Part shown: positions 52,546-64,000 of the stretch, in pieces
How positions within the stretch are numbered: the stretch's first letter is position 1
How the letters are laid out: each line of letters starts with the position of its first letter
Origin: the human T2T-CHM13v2.0 reference genome, Homo sapiens
Length of the DNA stretch: 64,000 nt
Direction: 5' to 3' (one strand)
Assembly (NCBI RefSeq): GCF_009914755.1
Contig: NC_060937.1
The notes under the pieces: model-generated
Seen by the model: only the letters and a program-made list of their open reading frames with translations
Database searches by the model: none
What the model was told of the DNA's origin: nothing
Position numbers and translations under genes: made by a program

Positions 52546-55157
52546 AATTGATTTATCATATTGCTATATGGGAGAGACCATCTTGTTAAAATTTGACCAC
52601 TGTTACTAGATGGTCAGGTTAACCTTGAAGTTCACAGTAAGTCCTATGCAATTCAGTCTTCAAAGGTTAGCAGAATACTGATGAATGCCTATTGTTGAGT
52701 GTAACAGTTAATAGCACACTAAAACCTACTATTAACACTCCAGAAACTGCAAAAATGCGTACTTGGCAATAGGTTTTGGCCAGTTGACATTGTTATTTTA
52801 CATGGGCTGAACATGGCTAAATTTTTAATTTAGTATTTTTTGGAAGATGAAAAGCTTTTTGAATGTTTTAAATCAAGATCATGGTTAGACTTTCATTCTA
52901 ACTAGTCTAATTAGCTAATTAAGCATGCTCTAATGATGGGCTGTATGATCAGTTAATCAAATAACAAGAGGGTAAAAATGAATTTTCTAGGAATTATTCC
53001 ACCAAATATTTCAGTCTTCACCAAGTACTTTCAGACATTCATGTCTAAATGACTGTTTTAGATTAACAAGTACTTCCTTTTATATGTCTTCATGTTAAAT
53101 GGACTGTATTTTTGAAGGTAATCTTCGTTATGTCTAGATGACAAGGCAACTAGTTCAAGGTATATTGGCATTATTCTAATCTCATAATTTCTATAAAATA
53201 TAATTTAAGATTATGATCCTGTATTGAATTACTATGTATTTTTGAATCATAGAACAATTTCAAATACAATTATGGAAGGTGAAAAGTTTAATTCTTCAAG
53301 GATTTTATTATTTATAAATGCTAATGAACATGGGTTTTAGCCAAATTCTTGATATAAGATCAGTGTAGCAACATTAAATCATCATTAGAAACTTCAAATA
53401 TTGTTTGTGATGATAAGCACATATTAGTGTTAAGCATTTCAAATGTCATTCTAATAATAAAAATCACGTATTTATCATTGCAAAGATCCCTTTTTTTAAC
53501 ATAGTTTCAAATGCTATTTTATAGCCTCCCACTAAATATTACTCTTAAGTAGTTATACTCATTTTGAAATAATTTTAAAATCTTTTCTAGACGCACAATT
53601 AATTCTGCATGAGAATTCCTAGATTCTTTAGACTCTTATGAACGTAGTTCTTATATCAAAATTGTAGTTATTCCCTATTATTTCAGTCAACATTTTCATG
53701 ATAGAAGAGGAGCAAGATCTAATTTTGCAGTTAAAATGCTAAATTTAGTTGGAAGGTTACATCTTGCCATTACCTTAAACAGATGTGGGATAAGATAATG
53801 AGCATAAAATTAATTACGGACAATAGTGAAAATATTTTAACTTGAAAATTTCATAAATCTATGTGGATTTAAGTGCTTTCCTCCTTCCCACACATACCTT
53901 GCAAAAATTCAGAAAATGAATCCTGACAATGAAATCATTAGAGAACTGCATTCCATTCTCAATGACTTAACAAAATTCTGAATAATATTTGCATTTTAGC
54001 TGTTATAATATTACTTTTTATTTGTAAATGTTTATGTCAAATACATAAAAATTAAACATGGACTGGACAATTATAAGATCTTGGGGAAATCATTATGTGT
54101 ATTAGGGTTTAGAATGCAATGGAAGTGCCATTGAAAATTTCTCTTTAGGGAAATTTCTTTCTAAGGTTATGATGCTATAAGATGTTTCTAACCAGTGTTG
54201 AGAAAGATAGTTTGGTTCAGGAAGATTTTGGAGTCAAGGAAACACATTAGTTGGCATTAGCAATCCAAGCAAAAATGTCAAAGCTTAAATTTGGTAAGAT
54301 GGTGATAAGGTGATGATGGAAATTGATAGTAAAGAGAGTATAAAAAATGCAATAGGACTTGGCCACCAATTGGTTTATAAGTGAGAATAGTGAAATATGT
54401 TTTTCTCCCACGATACTATAAGAATAGTGAAACTGAGATATATAAAGGAGGACATAACTATTTAATAGAATTGGAGAGAGTTTTCACTTGTAAAATAGTA
54501 AATAAAAGTATTTGAAATCATGTAATGCCATACACTGGACACTTGAAAGAGAGAAGAGCTAAAACTATGCAGAGTTAGAATAAAATTGAAGCATATAATA
54601 TAGTTGGAAATACTGAGGGAAAGAGTGGAAGAAAATGCAGAGGATTACAGTGATTTTGGAGACAGAGAAAAAAGGGTGAAAAAATTAGGAAAGATCATAT
54701 GATTTGTTTAGAGTTAAACAGAACTTAAACTAATTTTAGTGGGTGAGAGTTTAATGAGCAAATGTTAAATTGTCAAAGTGTAGAAGAGAATAAGAATAAG
54801 AAAATAGGAGGAGAGGCAATAGATTTCTTCCCTTAAGAGTTTGGGGAAAAAAGAGAAAAAGTAGAAGCCATTTAGGATTTACTGCACTTTTTGCTTATTT
54901 ATTCTTTCTGGTTTGAGGTTAGCATATATTTTGGCAGAAAGAACAAAACCTATCAGGAAGTGGCAATGACAACCTGGAGAGTGAGGAATGGAAAGTTTAG
55001 AGAAGCACACGACCTTGAATGTGTAGTATTCAGAGCACAAGGGTAATTCAAGAGGGGCTTAAATAGCAAAGGTTTTGTCAGAGTTTGGTATCATTTCAAA
55101 TATGTTAAAGATGAGTCACAAACTATAGAGGAGAAGATGTCCTGAAGGTCTTCTTTC

Positions 55158-55600
55158 TGTACCTTCAAATCCACTGTTCCCAAACTGGGTGCTTCCCTGT
55201 TGGGAAAAGTGTGGGGTGTATTACTGATATGGACTTCCCCTTTGGGCCAATTAGAGGCACCAGGGATAGATGCTTGGAGAGTGGAAGAAGTGAGATAGGA
55301 TGTTTATTCCCTGGCACCCTGCTTGCTAGGTTGTAACCAGTGGGCTGAATCCCCCTAAAGCCACAGGTGTGGTCTGGCTACCTTCCCCAATGCATTTAAC
55401 TCTCTGGGTTGTGGCAACAGCCCTCTGTCTTTGCATCATAAGGTTTAAGAGTTGTAAAAGTTCAGCACAGTTAAGGGCTACAGCATAGAAACTAATCATC
55501 CTGTTCATATTTCTTTAGAAAACAGTGTCCTATTAATCATTCTTCAAGTTTTCCAGTTTTAAATGTGTCATCCGTTTAATGCCAATGTTGTAAATGATAA
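55158..55600 (+). mobile_element. LTR16-like ERVL LTR
   Basis: ggccaattagaggcaccag...ggagagtggaagaagtgagataggatgtttattccctgg...tttaaatgtgtcatccgttt. Confidence 0.6.
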
Positions 55601-56034
55601 GATGTTCAAGACTATAAGAACCTAAAGGATTAATCAACAGATCTGCAAAAACAATTGAGGAGAGAGAGAAAAAGAGAGAGAGAGTCTCTCTGGATGAAAA
55701 TAGTAATTATAAAAAGGTGGAAAGTTCAGAGACCAGGTCTTTTTCACTATATCTAGGCTTTTCTTCATCAGAATTCTGTCTTCTTACAACCTTTACATAT
55801 ATTCACATAGTTTCTTGACTTGGAACTTGGTTTTTGAGCCTTATATGATAATTTGTTTGTTTTTTTAATACCCTCTCCTGGTGTGCATAACCCTGACAAA
55901 GAGAAATTATAAAATTTAAATAAAATAAAACAATTGTGTTCTAGCCTGGAAACCACCTCCTCTTGCCATAAAAATTTTTAATCTGATGTGAGTTGTGACC
56001 AAATTATCATAAGTTACATCACCTTTGAGTCAAA

Positions 56035-56815
56035 TTGTAATATTCAGTCATTAAGCAAATATTTATCAAGTGATATTGTGGCACTAGGGATCATAGAAAA
56101 TGTCCATGTACCTGTCAGCCTTTTAGCCTACTGAGAGAGGCAAAAGACAAATAGAAAAAGAGAGAAAGAAGATAATTTTGGATAGTGTTGAATTCTATGA
56201 AGAAAAGAATCCGGGCAATATGGTGGTTAAGAAAGATTTCTCTTATATTAGAGATGAGGCCTATAGGAAAGTAAAGGGTGAATCAGCAAAGATCCTGTGC
56301 TCCAAGGAAAGGGAAGAGATAGTGCAAAGTCCTATGGCAAGAAGATCTTGGTGTGCTAGAGGGGCAAGAAGGTCCGTGTGGCTGGAGCACTACGCCCTAG
56401 GAGATGGGGCCAGAGAGACAGTCTGGAGTCAGATCACCATGCCTTTTAAGGTCTTTGTAAGGGGTTTGGCATTTATTCTACAGGCACAGAAGGTTCCTGG
56501 AGAGTTTGAGCACACTGGTGACATGATTTGTTTTAATTTTTAAAACGTTACACCTGCTGCTGTGGGAAGCCTAGATTAGAGGCAGGCAAGAGCAAAATTG
56601 AAGATTTATCAATAATAATGTTATTTGAATGTTTACTGTTGAAAAGCATGGCATTATCTCATTCAACCTCAAAACACCCTATGCTTTAGGTAACTTTATT
56701 AGTTATGACGTTAGCAATTAAGCAAGTTGCCCTGGGTCATGCAGTTAGCTTGTGCTAGAGACCAAGATCAAAACCAGGCCATCTGACACCATAATCTTCA
56801 CACGACACTGTGCTC
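56035..56815 (-). mobile_element. L2 3' fragment (~56035-56600) followed by a MIR fragment
   Basis: ttcagtcattaagcaaatatttatcaagtg...aggtccgtgtggctggagc...gacatgatttgttttaatttttaaa; MIR ttaagcaagttgccctgggtcatgcagttag. Confidence 0.7.
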
Positions 56816-59499
56816 ATCACTCTGGGAACTCATATTCATTAGAGTTGGCTATAATCCATCAGGCAATATTGAAGTCCTCAAAAACAATCTTTTTATCATA
56901 TGACCACCAGTGTCAGTGGAAAATGCTGGAGACGGAAAACACCAGAAACACTTAGCAGCAATGAAAGATAAAATGAAACAATGAATTGTCAGACCTTATA
57001 ATTTTCAGGACAAGGTGTTCTTTTACAAAAGCTTTCCCTTGTCTTATTTAAGCCAGCATTTATATATCTCACCTCTATTTTCCTTGCAAACATTTATTTT
57101 AAGCCATTTTTGGATTCAGAATGCTAGATTATTTGGAAAATTTCTTAATATGGAAACGTTAGTGATCTCATCTGAACAGCTTAGAGAGTTCAATGGAGAA
57201 GTTCTCCACATATAAAGATTAAAATATATCCTCACTCCAATGACTCTTTAGCCAAGCATTTTTCTTTTTAAAGCACATCCAAAAATAAAACAGAATTTGG
57301 ATGAGGCTTACAAAGCATGCTTGTTCTGGTAACATAAATGGCAAGTGAGAAAAGGGGTGGTGAATGACTAACACAAGTTCACTGAAGATGACAATATGTG
57401 ATTTAGTCACCTCTGGCCAGGAAATATGCCTCCATACAAAATGAGAAGCTCACACAAATAGCACAGAGCTCTGGAGCCTGTGGATACATCTATACAAGGT
57501 AACAAAATGACCAAAACTCTGTCCATTCCTCTGACCCTTCTAAGCCTGATAATGTGGATCTGTGCACAAGTGATTTGAACGTGGTAACAGCAATTGTGGA
57601 GATGACTGAGTTTGGTCCTAATCCTCCAGCCCCTCTTTTTCTACCTAGGAAAATGCTAATGAATTACTCTGAAGAATCATCTAAAGATATTTACTAAGTT
57701 TTCTCCTACAACATAAATAAAAGAAGAAAAAAAAAGACATTCACATTTTAAACATAAATATCTCTCAAAATTGGAGAAAAGACCAACTTCAATGTAGAGA
57801 AAAAGTGAAGCCTCTTGTTTATATCCCTTATACATAAGTATTCATTTAAGATGGTAGTAATATAAGACTTTCTCACAAATATTGATTTATTTTTTTACAA
57901 GCATAAAGTAATGTGTGATTTGATACAATATCTGGGCCTATTTTATTTACCAAGCCCTACAACTTTGTATTGGCCTTTAACAAACAAAATGACTTCTAGC
58001 AATTCTTCATACCTTTTGACAGATAGTTCCCATTTTCCTCTATTATGTCTCCACTCCAGAAGCCACAGACAATAATAAAATGTCATCAAGATTGAAGAGC
58101 AAGATATATTCTTTTACTCTGTTTGAAAGGTCTGCTACATGTATGACCAGAAATTTCAGGGGTTTTCAGATTGGGAACATAGAAAATCTTATGTTGAATT
58201 ATTCTTAAAAAGCAAGGCATTTCAATAATTGGCCAGTAAAGTTAAGTGATAATTAAGGCTATTGCTTAATTTTATAAAATGACATTTAAATATTGGTATT
58301 TGAAACAAGTTTTAAAATGTTTAAAGAAATAGAAAAATAATAGCAGTGAAACTTATGTGTTATTTGAAAACGCATTATTTTTCTTAAATGCAACACCTAC
58401 TAATACCAGAGAGCTCAAGTTAAAAAAAATAGCATTATTGATGTTTTTCTCCTGATGAGATGAATACATGTCTGTGATTTTTTTAAGCAGAGGAAAGTGA
58501 AACTGTCTTTATCAAAACTACAGTTGTAAAATTCTGTGTTCACTTAACGTTATAAAACAGGAAAAAACTGGACTCTAAAAAGAGCTCTCTAAACATGGAG
58601 GAAATGCTGTTAAAACAAGTACAAGTCAAAATATTTAAATCTTATATTTTACATTAAAGAATGTTCCATAGCTTCAATTTAGAAAAGACCAGAAAACTCA
58701 GTGAACATTTTTAGAGGATTTAAGAAAACAAAATTAATTTGATTTTAAAAGATAATAAACAATCCAATCCAAAGTAGTGACAAGTTTAATTCTGATATGC
58801 AGTTACAAATCTTCTTTTAAAATATCTCTGTTTTGTTTATCTTCTTTTTTTTTTTTTTTTTTTGCAATTACTATTTTCTGTCACTTAGGACTCAGCAGCA
58901 AAACTCCAGACAAGATTTGTAAGGTAGATCACATGGGAATAAATAAAACTATTTTTGAATGACTTGTCTCCTGTTAAAAAAATTTATATTTTATTGTAAA
59001 ACTCAATCTAAAATTACAATAAAATTCACAACTTCTTGAGGCATGTACTAAATTGCCATATTAGGTGTTCAGTGTCAATTAGTGATGGAAGACCAGACCA
59101 CATAAGACTGTGGCAGGAAAAACAAGACTTTTGGAATCATTCTTATGTTTTAATGCTGGGGCAAAACTAACAACTGCTAAACTAGAAAAAAAGCAAATTT
59201 AAATTAATATATTGCCATTTTTTGATAAGTTATATAAATTCTGATTCCTCCAGACCAAATTCTGCCTTTTAATCAGAAAGTACTGATTTTACTTGCAACA
59301 TGAAGTCATAATTTGATGTGTAGTTTAAGAAATGATATTCAGGAACAGTTTAGAAACAGAAAAAAGAGAGAAAATTGCATTCTTCTCTAAATTATAAAGA
59401 ACATAATTCCAGAGCTCTATTATATTTGTTCTACAATGCACAAATTCAGGCAATATCTAAGTCTCAGAGCTAATCTTCAGTTAGGGAATAAAATGCTGT

Positions 59500-59671
59500 G
59501 TGTTTTTTGTTTTGTTTTTTTTTCTGTTGTCCTTTCTTTGGCATTTTTGAGACAAGGTCTCTGTTGCCCAGGCTGGAGTGAAGTGGTCCCAATCATGGCT
59601 CACTGCAGCAATCTTCCTGTTTCAGGCTCCTGAGTAGCTAGGATGACAGATGTGTGCCACCATGCCCAGTT

Positions 59672-59708
<37 letters not shown>

Positions 59709-59826
59709 TAGAGACAGGGTCTTACTATGTTGCCCATGCTGGTCTTGAACTCCTGGCCTCAAGCAATTCTCCTGCCTTGGCCTCTCAAAGTGCTGGGATT
59801 ACTGACATGAGCCATTGTACTTAGCC
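59500..59826 (-). mobile_element. AluJ with expanded middle tract (T34) and a right-arm deletion
   Basis: gagacaaggtctctgttgcccaggctggagtg...; T34 at 59674-59707; TSD ataaaatgctgt/ataaagtgctgt. Confidence 0.92.
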
Positions 59827-60839
59827 ATAAAGTGCTGTTGAAGTGATAAACGTGTCTCTATATAAGAAATGTGGAAGAGATAACTTGTTGTGAACTCTAG
59901 TACATAAAATATTTTATCATATTTTATTCTTTCATTTCTTCATTATTCCCTTCATTCATTTGCTCATTTAATAAATATGTATTTGATGTTCAATGTGATC
60001 TAGATTCTCTGCTAGAATCTGAAGCATCTAGCAGCATCTTGTTGGGAGTTTACATTTCAGCAGATAGGTAAGAAATTACACGATAAGGATTTTAGCAGAA
60101 AAAATATTACTGGGGAAGACCATTTAGACACATTTGTTTTAAACTATTCAGTTGCTTATTCATTCAGTCATTCATTCATCACATATTTATTCAACATTTA
60201 GTATATGTCAAGCACAGTGCTAGAAACTTGAGTGCAAGGCTTTGTCTTTTACCGTGACATCTATGGCTTTTTGCCTCACTTATTGTGGCTCAAATATACT
60301 TTATTTTGAGCTAAAATTCTCATAGGAATTTTGATAACAGAAAGAGGTCTACTCTGTTCTTTTTGCCCAACATTATATATACATACATTATGTTTTCAAA
60401 ATTTCTGTTGTCAAAATTTTAAATATATATAGGGATATATATGTAAAATATGCCCAGCACCTCGATGTTTTTGATGCCTTGCCTTGTTATTTATAGGATC
60501 CCCTCAAAGGAATTCAGCTTCTCAAACTCAACGCTGTGGCTAGGGGGTCTCACAACATAAAGACAGATTTCCATTATGCCTGCCTGTGTTTACAAATTGT
60601 CTGTTCTAAAATTCTTTTTTGACAGTCCCAGAAGAAAAAAATATAAATGGCCAATATACTTAGGCAGAATGTTCTACATCTCCCTAAATCAGTTGAATGC
60701 AATTAAGATGAAATAATATTTTTTGCCCATCAAATGGGCAAAGTGAAGAACAATACTACCTAGAATTTGTGAGGCTTCATTGGCACTGATGGTAAAATAA
60801 CCAATGGTAGTAATTTGGCAAGACATTCTAGATTGACAG

Positions 60840-61085
60840 GTTTTTCTTGTCATTTCTTTTTCAATTTGGGGCTTTTAAGATGTTGCTTCCCTTTCCTGTC
60901 TGTGTAGCTTTTTCTTCTCTGGTACTCTGCCCTGAGAGCTCTAGCCCCTTGGTGTCCACACATTCTCAGCTCCGTTGCCTCAATTCAGGAAGTACACTGA
61001 GCTCCACTAGGGCTCCATCTCTCTTTGCTATTACCTGAAAACTCTCAAAGCAGTAAGCTCCAGTAACCCTATGGCAACTCACAAT
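60840..61085 (-). mobile_element. L1M 5'-region fragment
   Basis: ttctcagctccgttgcctcaattcagga...cctgaaaactctcaaagcagtaagct resembles L1ME/L1MC 5' ends. Confidence 0.5.
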
Positions 61086-61894
61086 ACTCATAACAGCTCC
61101 TGCAAGTTAGGGTACATAAAGCTGAACTTCATTAGTTTCTCATTAATCCTACTCTGAGAATGGTTTGCAAGACATGGAAAGGATATGTGGATTTTTGGAG
61201 ATGTCTAGGGAAAGCAAATAATCTCTATGTATCTATCAATTTATCATCTCCTTACCTATCTACCTATATATATATACAGTATATACATAGATGTATGCAG
61301 TAAAACATAAATAATTATGACAGCAAAAGTCATATGGATCATAAAAATTCAGAGTATTAAAAGCTTGATTTTAGAATTAAAGTATTTTGAACATGTCTTA
61401 CATATACAAGGATTAAATTAATAATGACTAAATTACATTTCAATGAGATTATATTTCAGAACAAAAGAAATCAAAGCAGACACACACTGAATTGTAGCAA
61501 TCAGGTTTTTCTGTATTACAACATATTGAATCTAGAATCTAAAGGGAAAATTTGGCAAATAATTTTGAATATTTTTTCTGAAACTGATAAAATCACTATG
61601 GATTGATGACATGAATACAGATTACTGGAAATGGGAAAAGACTTTAGGGAGAGCCGTCTCTTATGGGGAATCTTTGTGCATCTCAAAGAGGATCAGTCAT
61701 TTTAATTTTTTTGGAGCTTCTGTTTCACCTCTTTTCCTAAATTCTACAATCAAATTTTGTGTGATTGCATTTAGCAGGAAAATAATCATAGCCACCAGGT
61801 AGAAAGTATGTGTGTGAGTGTGCATGTGTTTGTGTGGATATTTGAGATGCAAATACCTATGTCTATGCTATTGATAGTTTTTATGAGTTTCTCA

Positions 61895-63400
61895 CATGGC
61901 ATTTTTAAAGTTGATTTTATTAAAGTATAATTTACATTTAATAAAATGCTCCTATTTTCAGTAGAATGTTGTATCAGTTTTGATAAGTTGATGCACCAGG
62001 GTAAGCACAACCCCTGTCAAGGTGTAGAAATTTTCATCACTGAAAAGTTTCCCCATGATTTTTGCAGGCAACTCCCTACACTTAGGCCTAATCAAATGTT
62101 AATTTATTTCTGTAACTATAAATTAATTTAAACTTTTAAAAATTTTCCACAAACAAAATCATACTATTTGTGTTTGAGAAGTACAGTCTTCATTTTTTAA
62201 AAATGATCTATGTTCATTTTAAACAAACTCAAACAGGATAAAGCAGGAGAAATTAGTATCTCAATGTATCATTCTAAACCACACCACCAGACTTATCCAT
62301 GTTAACATTTAGTGATTATTATTTATTTCTTGATTCATTGGATTCCTATCACTTAAAATTATTTTAATGTTTACTTATTCTCTGAGTTAGCTTATGTTTT
62401 CAGGATTAGCCTATTGATGTCCAATCTAAAGGAAAATTTGTCAAAGCATGATTTTGAGTCAAAATGTCTTTCCTAAAAAAAAGTAGAATGTACTTTTTTT
62501 TTTAGCATTGATTATTGCTGTAAATAATAGCAAGGGTATTTATTGCTTTAAATAATCAATGCTAAAATTGATAATTGCTAGATCTCAGTCTAGATTTATT
62601 TTTCTCTCTTGTAGGTGATTTTTTTTTTGTACTTGGAAGTCAAAATTCTTCCTTTATCTTTATAGTTCAATAGGTTAACCATGATTTATCTTCATGCTGC
62701 TTGTTTTCATCAGTGTTTCCCATGAGATTTTATCTTTTCAATCTGCAGTCATATCTTCCTATATTTCATATGCATTTTCCTATATTTCCAAATATTTTAT
62801 GCATGATGTATTATTTTTATCTCAGAGACAACAAACATCTTTATATTGGATCATTTTCATCTGTTCCATATACTTTTCCCCTTATCACTAGTTTCTATTG
62901 TTGCCTTTTTTCTTTTTGTTTACCCATTATAATTATGTCCATTTTTTCTTCTCATCCATATCTATTTTGTTCTTATTTGTTAAGCAACATATCTGTAATG
63001 GTATTATTTATTCCTATACTTGTTTTAAATTTACCGTGTTTCTTCATCTCATTCTGTTTTGTTAATTACCTCAGTTTTGAGTTCTTTTTATATTATGTTA
63101 ATTTTTGTATTCTTCTGTAGTTCTTTTGTAGTGCTGCTTTGATTTCTTACATGATATTCTCTTCCATTTTAAGAAATTTGTCTCCTTTCTGCATATCTCA
63201 TTTCTTGTTTTTTCTTCCTTTGTTCATTCTTTCCTTCACATGTGTTTATAGTATGTTTGCAAAATTGCCATGCCATTACTTTTCATTTATTTCTCAGGTA
63301 CAGACATCTTTGCTCTGATACAATGTGAGAGAGATCCCTTGTTACTCTTCTTATCTGGTACTAATTTGCCTTTCTCTCCCTATGACCAGTTCTATGTATT
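61895..63400 (-). mobile_element. Old L1M/HAL1 remnants (several fragments)
   Basis: ttgattttattaaagtataatttacatttaataaaatg (L1M 3' end) then T-rich antisense LINE-like sequence; explains the F/L/S-rich ORF 62701-63120. Confidence 0.55.
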
Positions 63401-64000
63401 AATTTTCTTGAGACCTAGGACTTCTGGGGCATAGGAGAGCTGGGATGAGGCTGTGCTCAAGTCTCTGATCTCTCTTCTAAGACCTGATTACATTTCTGAT
63501 AGCAGAACCCACTTTATCCAGACAGCAGAATAAGCCCAATTGGGAAGGGTGCTTAATCTTTAGTCCTCTGACTTATCTGTAAGACATTTTCCCTCAACAG
63601 ACCTGACCTATTTTTCTACTACCTTTGAAAATAAGACCAGCTGAAATGAATGTTACACGGTGTTTTGGGCCATGAAAGTAGGTATGCATAGCTAAGCCAC
63701 TCTCCTCTTGAAAACTAAGGCACCTGTATAAAGCATGGACTCTGGTCTGCTCCTTGATTCCATTAACTTTTACAAAGGTATGCCTTCACATGGGGAGGTC
63801 TGCAGATTTCCAGCCCTGGTTGTTAAGGCATGGGTAGGTCAGTTTAATTCTATGATTTTTTATCAGGAAGCCCACTTTCTTGCAGGTATATGCTATATTC
63901 TCTTACATGGTTTTATTAGTAGTAAGGGCAATTTTTAAAATCTCTATATGCTAATTCTTTTATTGTATTTTTTGACAGGTTTGGGAACCGATTAAATAAA

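Noticed and set aside
56178-56543. 121-aa ORF
   Set aside because: Non-ATG start within an antisense L2 remnant; no domain or splice context.
62694-63120. 139-aa hydrophobic ORF resembling a membrane protein
   Set aside because: Non-ATG start and F/L/S/Y bias caused by T-rich antisense LINE sequence.

Overview
AT-rich, CpG-depleted primate DNA, most likely human or great ape. It reads as a large intron or intergenic region built almost entirely of nested, decayed transposable elements. I count ten Alus and three short L1PA insertions. A split, formerly near-full-length L1MB is interrupted by a MER41 provirus remnant. There are also two MER52 LTRs, a complete THE1A MaLR, several solo MaLR/ERVL/ERV1 LTRs, MER1B, a Tigger6-like and a hAT-Tip100-like DNA transposon, and MIR, L2 and HAL1 fragments. 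I can support no cellular protein-coding exon; the ORF track is explained by repeats or chance, and the only candidate is a splice acceptor at the extreme right edge. I found no evidence of a novel multi-gene system. The most interesting signals are mechanistic or regulatory: a probable L1 3' transduction with loss of target DNA, a very young ACG/A L1 insertion with a perfect TSD, a MER41 LTR with STAT1-type GAS sites, a twin-primed L1, an old env remnant, several fold-back palindromes and a strong strand bias of Alu/L1PA insertions. Subfamily names come from recalled consensus sequences and need RepeatMasker/Dfam confirmation; boundaries of old elements are approximate.
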